Shown piece after piece: positions 1 to 8,357 of a stretch of 64,000 bases of DNA. This DNA comes from Clostridia bacterium (GTDB lineage Bacteria; Bacillota; Clostridia; TANB77; CAG-508). Under the pieces are notes generated by a model that saw nothing but the letters and a program-made list of their open reading frames with translations, made no database searches and was not told where the DNA came from. Positions within the stretch are counted from its first letter, which is position 1, and each line of letters begins with the position of its first letter. The position numbers and the translations under genes were made by a program. The DNA is taken from assembly GCA_017528085.1 (NCBI GenBank), contig JAFXPH010000002.1, positions 145,071 to 209,070 on the forward strand, written 5' to 3'.

Positions 1-420
1 TATATTTTTATTTTTAGTTTTATAAATCTCAATTGTAAAATCATTTGTAGTAGAACCAATAGTTAAAACAAAACCTTTTTCTTTTAAAAGTTTTAGTAGT
101 TCTACTGCACCATCTTTATAATCTACTTTAGTTTTAACAAATTCTTTTGATGTTCTATCTCTTGCTTCTTTTATTTCTTCTACTGAATAATCAGATAAGT
201 ATTTATTCTTAAGTTCTGTACAATATCCTTTATATGTATCTTCTGTATAGAAGTATTTTGCAAGCCATGCATCTCTTTGCTTTCCTACATCTATATCATC
301 CTCTAGTGGTTTTTTACAGTATTTTTCAATAACTGCTCTATCTACATCATTCCACACTCCAACTGAATCTATAAGTGTTCCATCTAAATCAAATATTATA
401 ACCTTCTTGCCTTTAAACAT
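1..420 (-). CDS. HAD-family hydrolase (beta-phosphoglucomutase-like), N-terminal part; C-terminus lies beyond the window start
   Basis: Reverse complement of 361-420 translates to MFKGKKVIIFDLDGTLIDSV, which is HAD motif I (DxDGT). The open frame continues to the window edge. Confidence 0.7.
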   Translation of the reverse strand, partial: MFKGKKVIIFDLDGTLIDSVGVWNDVDRAVIEKYCKKPLEDDIDVGKQRDAWLAKYFYTEDTYKGYCTELKNKYLSDYSVEEIKEARDRTSKEFVKTKVDYKDGAVELLKLLKEKGFVLTIGSTTNDFTIEIYKTKNKNI

Positions 421-423
421 GTC

Positions 424-744
424 CTACTCCTCTTTAGTATTTTCATCTATCCATTTGAAATAATCTTCTAATCCACAAGTAAAATCAGTTGCAACTATTT
501 CTGGTAAATCATAGTCATGAATGAAAAGTATTTGTCTTTTTACTTCTTCAAATAAACTTTTTCTTGTCTTCATGATAATTAATATCTCATTTTCGTTTTC
601 TCTTTGTCCTTGCCATACATAGCTAGAATTTATATTTAACTTTTGTGCACATGCAATTAGTCTTTCATCTAATAGCTTCTTTATAATTTCATTTGCTATT
701 TCTTCTTTATTACATGCAGTTGTTATTTGTATATAATCGCTCAT
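424..744 (-). CDS. cutA: divalent-cation tolerance protein CutA (CutA1 family)
   Basis: MSDYIQITTACNKEEIANEIIKKLLDERLIACAQ...DYDLPEIVATDF has the ~105-aa CutA1 fold signature. ATG at 744 is preceded by AGGAGG; the ORF-track start at 795 lacks an RBS. Confidence 0.7.
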   Translation of the reverse strand: MSDYIQITTACNKEEIANEIIKKLLDERLIACAQKLNINSSYVWQGQRENENEILIIMKTRKSLFEEVKRQILFIHDYDLPEIVATDFTCGLEDYFKWIDENTKEE

Positions 745-826
745 ATATCCTCCTAAAATCAACCTCATAATATCATAAAAGCAAGCAATTATCAAATTGC
801 TTGCTTTATATTCTTGTCTTTATAAA

Positions 827-1462
827 CTATTTTATTATTTCATATTCACTAATATTTGGTTCAACAAATACTTTATCATCAACATTATTAAATTCATATT
901 CTCTTGAAATAGTAGCTTGATTATCAATTACTTTATAAATTAATCCTGTCTCGGAATCTATTAGCATTTCTTGATTTTCTGTATATAAATTATTATGTGA
1001 TTTAAAATTCCTTAAACTATAATATTTCTTTCCATTTTCATTAACTGTTTTTATTTTTGTAATAACACTTAAAAATACTTTTTCAACAAAAGATTCTGTA
1101 GTACTACCATATACAACTTGAACCTCTATAAAACCAGCATTTAAGTTTACAGTTTTTCTTCCATCGCCTTCATTAAATGTATGATGAGTAGTTTCATTAT
1201 CATATATACTCATTTTACTAACTGATTCACCATTTTTTCTTTCTAAAAATACTACTTTATTATTATCTTTAGTATAGTAATTTGCAGTAATTATAGTACC
1301 ATCATTTTGACTAGTTACTATTTTAACATGGCAATTATCAATGTCTTTATATTCAGTAGCATTGTTTTGAATTTTTGTAAGAATTATAAAATTTCTTGTA
1401 GTATATATTCCACACACTAATATCAGAAGTATAATTACTCCGAGTATAATTTTCTTTTTCAT
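827..1462 (-). CDS. secreted/lipoprotein-like hypothetical protein
   Basis: N-terminal MKKKIILGVIILLILVCGIYT signal/lipobox-like segment (Cys after a hydrophobic stretch). No recognisable domain. Confidence 0.5.
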   Translation of the reverse strand: MKKKIILGVIILLILVCGIYTTRNFIILTKIQNNATEYKDIDNCHVKIVTSQNDGTIITANYYTKDNNKVVFLERKNGESVSKMSIYDNETTHHTFNEGDGRKTVNLNAGFIEVQVVYGSTTESFVEKVFLSVITKIKTVNENGKKYYSLRNFKSHNNLYTENQEMLIDSETGLIYKVIDNQATISREYEFNNVDDKVFVEPNISEYEIIK

Positions 1463-1479
1463 ATTTTACTTACCTTTCT

Positions 1480-1998
1480 TTATTTCTTCTTTTTATCTTC
1501 TTCTCGTTTTTTATTTAATTCTTCTTTTCTTCTTTTATTTGAATCTTTCATAACTTTTATTTGATTTACATATAAATCAAATAAAGCATTTGTTTCTTCT
1601 TCAGACATATTTTCAACAGTTATTGCTCCTGACCTATACTTATCTTGAAGTTCTTGAAGTCTTTCTCTAGTATAATTTATCTCTTGTTCTGTTTCATTTA
1701 CTTCTTGTGATACAGATTCAACTCTTTCTAAAGATACTTCTTCATTTTCAGATGTTTCATAGTTAAACTCATCTTTTTTGCCAGCAACTTGATTATACAT
1801 TTCAGAATGCTTTTTAGCTTCTTCTCTTTGTTTTTTAACTATCTTCTTTTCTTCAGGAGAAAGGAAAAAGCCTTCTAACATATAAGCGAACTTATCAAAG
1901 ATATTGTCTTTTTGCTCAACTATATTTGTATTTGAAACTATTTTATTTTTATTTCTTGAATTAAATAATGAATTAAAAAATTTACTTCCAAAACCCAT
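1480..1998 (-). CDS. hypothetical charged, coiled-coil-rich protein
   Basis: 172-aa ORF, K/E-rich, immediately downstream of and co-directional with 2003..3202. No motif recognised. Confidence 0.45.
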   Translation of the reverse strand: MGFGSKFFNSLFNSRNKNKIVSNTNIVEQKDNIFDKFAYMLEGFFLSPEEKKIVKKQREEAKKHSEMYNQVAGKKDEFNYETSENEEVSLERVESVSQEVNETEQEINYTRERLQELQDKYRSGAITVENMSEEETNALFDLYVNQIKVMKDSNKRRKEELNKKREEDKKKK

Positions 1999-2002
1999 TT
2001 CT

Positions 2003-3202
2003 TTACTCCTGATCCTTTTTTGAAGCTTTCTTTTTCTTCTCTAAATCTTTTTTCAAAGATTCTTTTTCAGTAATTAATCCTTCTGTTTTTCTAAGCATTT
2101 TATTTTCTTCTATTGCTTTTATTAATTCATCTTGCTTCTTATCAATTGCTATTTTTGCAACAAACCATCTAAGTGAAAGTGGACTTACTACTTCTCCATC
2201 TTTTGTGTGAAGTTCTTCTTCACCAATTTTATATCCATCTTCATCAACTGGCATTTTATTAAGCTCAGTCTCAAATAGTTTTGTTACTTTTTCTGCAAAC
2301 TCTTTAGTATATTTATTTTCAACTATTAATGTACTATAAGCTCTTAAATATTTACCTCTAGAGTTTTGTATTTGATTCTCTGTATCTTTTATTTCTCTTA
2401 TATCATTTTCTTTTTCTTCTAGCACTAAGCCTTCTTCTAATACATCTTCAACTGTCTCTAAATAGCTTTTAATTGCTTCTTTTTGTTCTTTTGAAAATGC
2501 TTTATAAAGCTTATACTCTTTATCAACTTCTTCTTTTCTCTTTATACTATTTTGAAGAAGATTTAGCTCTGTTTTCATCCCTGCTAATTCTTTTTCTTTT
2601 TCTTTTTTATTTACTTGAGGTACTCTTAGTTTTATTTCTAAGTTAGTTATATTATTAATTAAGTCTTCTTCTTTTTTAGATAGATTTTCTTCACCTAAAG
2701 CTTCTTTTTCTGCTTTATGTGCATCTTTATACTTTTTGCCATCTTCAGCTAAAGTCTCTAAGTCTAGTTTTAAACCATTAAATTCAATTGGATATGTAAC
2801 TTCTGCTAGTTCATACTTTTCATTAACATTTTTAAAACTATCTTCAGTTGTAGGAGAAGCAACATATGTATATGGTGTTTCATATTTTCTAGTAACATTA
2901 ACTCCAAGTTCTTCTAAAGTCATAAGTTTGTCTTCTACTAGTTCATCTAGTATTAAAGACTTTTGACATACCTTTTCAAACTCGATGTTAGCTAGAACTA
3001 AATCGTCTCTATCAACTTTTTCTGCATATTCATTTATGTCCATAAAGAATTGTAGAATCTTTGGATCTTGATTTACTTTAGCTATCATATGTTCTTCATA
3101 GCTATATCTTTTCAAAATCTTTTTGATTTCTAAATCTTTGATTCCTTCTATATCGTCATCATCTAGTTCATTTATGGAATTAGTAGCAAAAATTGGTACC
3201 AT
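2003..3202 (-). CDS. hypothetical coiled-coil protein
   Basis: 399-aa ORF dominated by charged heptad-like segments. No catalytic motif recognised. Confidence 0.5.
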   Translation of the reverse strand: MVPIFATNSINELDDDDIEGIKDLEIKKILKRYSYEEHMIAKVNQDPKILQFFMDINEYAEKVDRDDLVLANIEFEKVCQKSLILDELVEDKLMTLEELGVNVTRKYETPYTYVASPTTEDSFKNVNEKYELAEVTYPIEFNGLKLDLETLAEDGKKYKDAHKAEKEALGEENLSKKEEDLINNITNLEIKLRVPQVNKKEKEKELAGMKTELNLLQNSIKRKEEVDKEYKLYKAFSKEQKEAIKSYLETVEDVLEEGLVLEEKENDIREIKDTENQIQNSRGKYLRAYSTLIVENKYTKEFAEKVTKLFETELNKMPVDEDGYKIGEEELHTKDGEVVSPLSLRWFVAKIAIDKKQDELIKAIEENKMLRKTEGLITEKESLKKDLEKKKKASKKDQE

Positions 3203-3333
3203 TAATCCTTTTCTCCTTAGTATATAATCTATCTATATTATATGATACAAATAAACTCAAAAAATTACAATAAGCTTTAAAAAAATGTAAAAAAATAGAC
3301 TACTAATCGTAGCCTACATTTGTTTTTTTAGTA

Positions 3334-3961
3334 TTAATCTTTAAAATATTTATATTCTAGACACTTATCAAGCATTATTTCTAATATTTTACCTGAATTC
3401 GAATCAGTATCTAAATAATATTCTCCACCTTTAGAATCGTATATTTGTATAATTACAAATGCTCTATCCGATTCTATAGCATCAGTTCTTGACATTACCT
3501 TTTCTACAGTTATACTTTTATTATCTCTTGAAAAAAGATTATCTATGTTAAACTCTCTACTATTATTAATTGTAAATGTGTTTAGCTGTTTAGTATTTGT
3601 ATTATATACTAAAGCATTGGTCCTATTTTTTTGTTCTTTTTTAAGCACATTATTAATTAATAATTTAATTGTATTAACCTTTAATAAAGATATCCTTCTT
3701 GTTTTTTTAGCTCTCTCAAAATACTCATTATACCTGACTTGAGAAATCACCACCATTTTGATATACAGTTCCATCATCAAATAGCGTAGTTCTATTTATA
3801 TCAAACCCTCCTTCAATTTTAACAGCAAGAATCTTTTTTTCATCATCAGGCTTTTTAGGTCCAGGTATATTAATTACTATTAAAACCAATAATAAAATAA
3901 TAGCAATACGTTTTACAGTATCTTTATTTAATCTTTTCTTTTCTACTTTATTCCCTTCCAT
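3334..3961 (-). pseudogene. probable frameshifted paralogue of the 3991..4647 gene (two overlapping ORFs, 3728..3961 and 3334..3780)
   Basis: The 77-aa ORF starts MEGNKVEKKRLNKD plus a TM helix, almost identical in architecture to MEENKVEKKKIDIKD plus TM of the neighbour. The 148-aa ORF ends with YDSKGGEYYLDTDSN, resembling YDAGHGYYLFYDSKN of the neighbour. The two ORFs overlap by 53 nt in different frames. Confidence 0.35.
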
Positions 3962-3990
3962 ATTCTACTCCTATAGTTTTATTAAAATAA

Positions 3991-4647
3991 TTATAAATAA
4001 TTCTTAACCATTTTTATAAGTAAATTTTCATTATCAGTTCTATTATGAGTTTGTCTTATATCTTCGCTTAATGTTATTTCCTTATTTTTTGAATCGTAAA
4101 ATAAATAATATCCATGCCCCGCATCATAATCAAAAGCTTCATTTCTATACATGATTTTTTGAATTTTTATATCATTATTCCCTACTGAAAATAATTTTTC
4201 ATTTAGATAATTATTATCATTTTCAAAAGTTAATAATCTAAGGGTTTTAAAGTCATTATTTAATCCATATGAAACTTTTTTAGATTGTGCTTCTTTAGAT
4301 ACTTTTTCAATTAAACTAACTATCTGTTCTAAATCTTCTTTTGGAACCTTTTTATCAGTTTTTTTAGTATTTTTCAAAACCCATCTAGTACTATTAACAA
4401 ATTTTTCTCCTGGATTTTCTCTATCAAAACTCCACTCATAGATAGATCCATCTTCTAAAATAACTTTTCCACTATATGTATATCCCCATGAATTATTTTC
4501 ACGAATTCTTGCAGCAATTATTTTCTTATTATATGTCTTATTAATTAAAAGAAGTATCACAACAAAAATAAAGAATAATGCCAAAACTACTACCAAAATC
4601 TTATCTTTTATATCAATTTTTTTCTTTTCTACTTTATTCTCTTCCAT
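3991..4647 (-). CDS. membrane-anchored hypothetical protein (N-terminal TM, extracytoplasmic domain)
   Basis: MEENKVEKKKIDIKDKILVVVLALFFIFVVILLLI is a single TM anchor, followed by a 180-aa soluble domain. Confidence 0.5.
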   Translation of the reverse strand: MEENKVEKKKIDIKDKILVVVLALFFIFVVILLLINKTYNKKIIAARIRENNSWGYTYSGKVILEDGSIYEWSFDRENPGEKFVNSTRWVLKNTKKTDKKVPKEDLEQIVSLIEKVSKEAQSKKVSYGLNNDFKTLRLLTFENDNNYLNEKLFSVGNNDIKIQKIMYRNEAFDYDAGHGYYLFYDSKNKEITLSEDIRQTHNRTDNENLLIKMVKNYL

Positions 4648-4707
4648 TTATATCTCCTCATATTTTGATTAATTAAATTATATGTATAATTTTTAAAAAA
4701 ATAAAGA

Positions 4708-4800
4708 CTATTCATGCAATTATGAAGTGAACCCCAAATAGTTTTTTATTATTAGTCTACTATTTGGGGTTCACTTCAATGTAAAATGAATAGTCTTATA
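4708..4800 (-). terminator. long imperfect inverted repeat / rho-independent terminator after the ITPase gene
   Basis: GTGAACCCCAAATAG...CTATTTGGGGTTCAC forms a 15-bp perfect stem with about 20 further bp of imperfect pairing. A T-run follows on the minus strand. Confidence 0.55.
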
Positions 4801-4803
4801 AAA

Positions 4804-5361
4804 TTAATTTTTATTTTTTAAATATTCTGCTAAATCCTTATAAGCATCTTGACTCCACATAAGAAGTCTTTCGTCATCTTCAAAGCATCCAAGTGTCTTA
4901 TCTTTTCCTTCTGGGATAAATATAAAATCCCAACTCCAGCCATGTGTACCTTGTTTTTCTAAAGATATTGTTCCTGGTGTTTTAGATACAAATGTTACTG
5001 GATCTTTTCCATATTCACAATACGCCAAACATTCCATAAAGTAAGCATTTCTATTTTCTACACCATCCATCATCTTTAAAATGTTATCCATTCCTAAATG
5101 TTCATCTACATAGTGTGTATATGGTCCCGGGAATCCTCCTAGTGCTTCTATTACGATTCCTGAATCGTTTTTTAGTACATCACATTTTAATACTTCTGAT
5201 GCTTCTTTAGCAGAGTGGCTAGCCACTTCTTCTACAGTATCTGCTTGTATTTCTGTTGTTTCTATTTTAATGTTATCTATTTCGAACCCTAGTGGTTCTA
5301 ATATTAATTGAGCTGATTTTAATTTTGCCCAATTTTTTGTTACATATGTTATCTTTTTCAT
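4804..5361 (-). CDS. non-canonical purine NTP pyrophosphatase (Ham1/RdgB/ITPase family)
   Basis: Ham1-like FIPEG....FED motif (DFIFIPEGKDKTLGCFEDDE). ATG at 5361 (MKKITY) has AGGAGG upstream. Confidence 0.6.
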   Translation of the reverse strand: MKKITYVTKNWAKLKSAQLILEPLGFEIDNIKIETTEIQADTVEEVASHSAKEASEVLKCDVLKNDSGIVIEALGGFPGPYTHYVDEHLGMDNILKMMDGVENRNAYFMECLAYCEYGKDPVTFVSKTPGTISLEKQGTHGWSWDFIFIPEGKDKTLGCFEDDERLLMWSQDAYKDLAEYLKNKN

Positions 5362-5414
5362 AATATCCTCCTTTAAAACAAAAAGCATATTGTGAAACTT
5401 AAATTCTTATTTAA

Positions 5415-6983
5415 TTATTTTTTGAATAAATCTTTGAATATATTTTTAACTACTTTTTTTGCAAGTTTTTCTGCTTCGTTACTTGCAATTCTAGTAGCAC
5501 GTTTGCCTACTTTATATCCCAAAGAATTCTTTCTTTGTCTTTCGGCTTCTCTTTCAGCTTCTTTGCGAGCTCTTTCTTCAGCTTTTCTAGCTTTCTCTTC
5601 TTCACGAGCTTGCTTTTCAGCTTCTTTTTGCTCCTTTGCTTTTTGTTTTTCTTCTTCTATTCTTTGTTTTTCAGCTTCTTCTAGAGCCTTTTCTTCTTCA
5701 TATTTTTTTGATAGTACTTCGTAGGCAGATTCATTGTCTACGGCATTATCATATTTACCATTTAGTTCTGATTTTGAAATAACCATTAATCTTATTGAAT
5801 CATCAATGGCATTCATAGAACTTTGTGGTGGTAATATTGTGGCACGGTTTACTATATTAGGTTCACCTTTTTCATTTAAGAATGAAACTATAGCTTCACC
5901 AGTACCAAGTTCTAGTATTGCTTTTTCAGTATCAAAGCTTGGATTTGCTCTATAGCTCATAGCAACAGCTTTAACAACTTTTTGCTCGGCAGGAGTATAA
6001 GCTCTTAAAGTATGTTGTACTTTATTACCAAGTTGTGCGAGTACCTCTGCTGGTATATCATTAGGTGATTGAGATATAAAATAAAGCCCAACACCTTTTG
6101 ATCTAATTAATTTAACAACTTGAACTACTTGAGTTAATATGTATGATGGTATTTCATTAAATAATAAATGTGCTTCATCAAAGAAAAATACCATCTTTGG
6201 TTTATCTAAATCTCCAACTTCTGGTAAAGTATTATTTAGTGTTGTTAAAAGCCATAGTAAGAAACATGCATATAGATTTGGATTTTTATATAATTCAACT
6301 GCATGAAGTATATTAATCTTACCTTGTCCATTTGCATCTGTCTTAAAGAAATCCATTATATCTATTTCAGGTTCGCCAAAGAAGTAATTTCCCCCTTGTT
6401 CTTCAAGCATAAGCAAACTTCTTTGAATTGTTCCTACTGTTTGACTTGCAACATTACCATAGTTTACAGTGTACTCTTTGGCATTATCTGCAACATATTG
6501 AAGTACTAATCTTAAGTCTTTAGTATCTATAATGTCATACCCTTCTTCTCTTGCAATTTTAAATACAATTGCTAGTACTCCTTCTTGAGTTTCATTTAGT
6601 CCAAGCATTCTAGATAATATTGTGGCACCAACATCTTGAAGTCTAATTCTAATTGGATGACCACTTTTTCCAAATACATCCCAAAATACTACTGGGAAAC
6701 CTTTGAAATCAAACTTATCAATTCCAAGTGAATTTAGTCTTTCTTCTATTTTGGCATTTGTTTCTCCAGGAAGACATGTTCCTGCAAGATCTCCTTTTAT
6801 GTCAGCAACAAATGATGGTACGCCCATACTTGAAAAGCTTTCAGCAATTACTTTTAAAGTAACTGTCTTACCACTACCAGAGGCACCAGTAATTAACCCA
6901 TGACGGTTAGCCATCTTAGGAACTATATATAGTTCTTCTTTTTCATTTGTTTTACCAATTAAAATCTTATCATCTAAAAACAT
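5415..6983 (-). CDS. DUF853 / HerA-like P-loop ATPase (YjgR-like) with K/E-rich C-terminal tail
   Basis: Walker A GASGSGKT, Walker B/DEAH VFFFDEAHLLF, ~520 aa. C-terminal 90 aa are a low-complexity EEKQKAKEQKEAEKQAREEE repeat. Confidence 0.65.
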   Translation of the reverse strand: MFLDDKILIGKTNEKEELYIVPKMANRHGLITGASGSGKTVTLKVIAESFSSMGVPSFVADIKGDLAGTCLPGETNAKIEERLNSLGIDKFDFKGFPVVFWDVFGKSGHPIRIRLQDVGATILSRMLGLNETQEGVLAIVFKIAREEGYDIIDTKDLRLVLQYVADNAKEYTVNYGNVASQTVGTIQRSLLMLEEQGGNYFFGEPEIDIMDFFKTDANGQGKINILHAVELYKNPNLYACFLLWLLTTLNNTLPEVGDLDKPKMVFFFDEAHLLFNEIPSYILTQVVQVVKLIRSKGVGLYFISQSPNDIPAEVLAQLGNKVQHTLRAYTPAEQKVVKAVAMSYRANPSFDTEKAILELGTGEAIVSFLNEKGEPNIVNRATILPPQSSMNAIDDSIRLMVISKSELNGKYDNAVDNESAYEVLSKKYEEEKALEEAEKQRIEEEKQKAKEQKEAEKQAREEEKARKAEERARKEAEREAERQRKNSLGYKVGKRATRIASNEAEKLAKKVVKNIFKDLFKK

Positions 6984-7037
6984 AATAATTCTCCTTTTTT
7001 ATTTATCTAGAATACGTTTTTATTATATCAAAAATTT

Positions 7038-7847
7038 TTATATTTCAATAGTTCTATCTTTAGCATATTTTTCTACTAAATTAAGTAGCTTTGGATACAA
7101 TACTTTATTAGAAATAATAGCTCCATTAATCTTTGGTTCATCGTAACGATCATTTTCACCAATAAAGTTTGTTACCATTCCACCTGCTTCTTCTACTATT
7201 ATTTTAACGGCAGGCATATCAACATTTTTATTCACAGTTCCTGGGAATATAGCTGCATCAAATTTACCATCTGCAACTAATGCTCCTGCATGGATTACAC
7301 TTCCTATAGCTACTAAATAAGTTTTGTCTTGAATTTCATTTATTACAGGCAAAATGTCATAATCGGCAGTTGGCCAACAATCTATATTTACAATTGTTTT
7401 CATATTATCAAAATCATCTTCAGATACATGTATTCTTTCACCATTTTTGAAGGCACCTTTATGCTTAACTGCAGTATACATGTTTTCTGTAAATGGATCA
7501 TATATAATTCCAACAAGTGGAATACCATTTACGCAGTAGCTAAGTGAAAATACAGCAACTGGTATTTGTCTTGCATACATTGCAGTACCATCTACTGGAT
7601 CACAAATCCACTCTTTATATGATTTAGCTAAACTTTCTTCTTCGCCATAAACTGAATGGTCTGGATAAGTTTCTTTTACTCTTTTAATTAAATAATGATT
7701 AATCTCTAAGTCAGCACTTGTTACAATTGTATTATCAAATTTATAGCTTGAGCCATTATTTTCATTAAAATATTTTCTCATAATCTCGCCAGCATGTTTG
7801 GCAATATCTAGTCCAAACTCTAAAAATTCATCTAAGTTATCTTCCAT
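7038..7847 (-). CDS. inositol monophosphatase family protein (SuhB-like)
   Basis: WICDPVDGT motif plus surrounding IMPase fold signatures. ATG at 7847 with GGAGGA 7 nt upstream; the track start at 7862 is TTG. Confidence 0.75.
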   Translation of the reverse strand: MEDNLDEFLEFGLDIAKHAGEIMRKYFNENNGSSYKFDNTIVTSADLEINHYLIKRVKETYPDHSVYGEEESLAKSYKEWICDPVDGTAMYARQIPVAVFSLSYCVNGIPLVGIIYDPFTENMYTAVKHKGAFKNGERIHVSEDDFDNMKTIVNIDCWPTADYDILPVINEIQDKTYLVAIGSVIHAGALVADGKFDAAIFPGTVNKNVDMPAVKIIVEEAGGMVTNFIGENDRYDEPKINGAIISNKVLYPKLLNLVEKYAKDRTIEI

Positions 7848-7883
7848 GAAACTATCCTCCAATTCTAATTTAGTTTATAAATA

Positions 7884-8297
7884 TTATTTTAAAACTATAT
7901 CTTTATTAAGTTCTACTTGTTTTACCATATGCCCAATATTTCCTTCTCCGGCATACTTTTCATTTGAATAGAAGTCATCTTTTGAATCTATCCAATATAG
8001 TTTATTAACTTCATCTATAACTTCTTTATTCTTATTTAGCTTTCCAGCATATATTTCTAAACTCATATTTTTAAGTTCATAGTTCATATCCATAACATGA
8101 GTTAAAGTAATATCTTCTTTAGAGATACCTGTTTCTTCTTCAAGTTCTCTATAGGCAGCTAGGCTACTTTCTTCACCATCTTCTATCTTTCCACCTACTA
8201 AATTATACATACCTTTATAAGGTTCTTTTTCTCTTTTGCAAAATAATATATTTTTTTCATCATTACTATAAACAATTATTACATTATACTTTTTCAT
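7884..8297 (-). CDS. NUDIX hydrolase
   Basis: Nudix box GGKIEDGEESSLAAYRELEEETGI (GX5EX7REUXEEXGU). Confidence 0.75.
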   Translation of the reverse strand: MKKYNVIIVYSNDEKNILFCKREKEPYKGMYNLVGGKIEDGEESSLAAYRELEEETGISKEDITLTHVMDMNYELKNMSLEIYAGKLNKNKEVIDEVNKLYWIDSKDDFYSNEKYAGEGNIGHMVKQVELNKDIVLK

Positions 8298-8357
8298 AAG
8301 AAATACATCCTTTTTTCTTGCATTATATCATGATATGAGTAAAACACAACTAATATT

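Noticed and set aside
2736-2966. Plus-strand 76-aa ORF inside the coiled-coil protein gene, and similar antisense ORFs (3545..3742, 5734..5955, 6303..6509, 6703..6903, 7329..7547, 9043..9231, 10359..10553, 13858..14064, 21991..22218, 27673..27894, 29845..30057, 30281..30490, 30743..30943, 32573..32830, 33229..33456, 37683..37871, 39971..40279, 43679..43879, 45136..45339, 46556..46810, 48329..48541, 50089..50556, 50426..50614, 53823..54056, 55986..56225, 56449..56777, 57824..58015)
   Set aside because: All are embedded antisense to long, well-supported minus-strand genes. They lack RBSs and have AT-rich low-complexity translations typical of spurious ORFs.
5392-5724. Plus-strand 110-aa ORF rich in Ser/Ala/Phe/Leu
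   Set aside because: It is the antisense reading of the K/E-rich low-complexity tail of the DUF853 ATPase gene, a composition artefact.
7862-7862. ORF-track starts at TTG/GTG codons (e.g. 7862, 25265, 43067, 44798)
   Set aside because: In each case an in-frame ATG with a good Shine-Dalgarno sequence lies a few codons downstream. The ATG is the more plausible initiation site, so the feature coordinates were adjusted.
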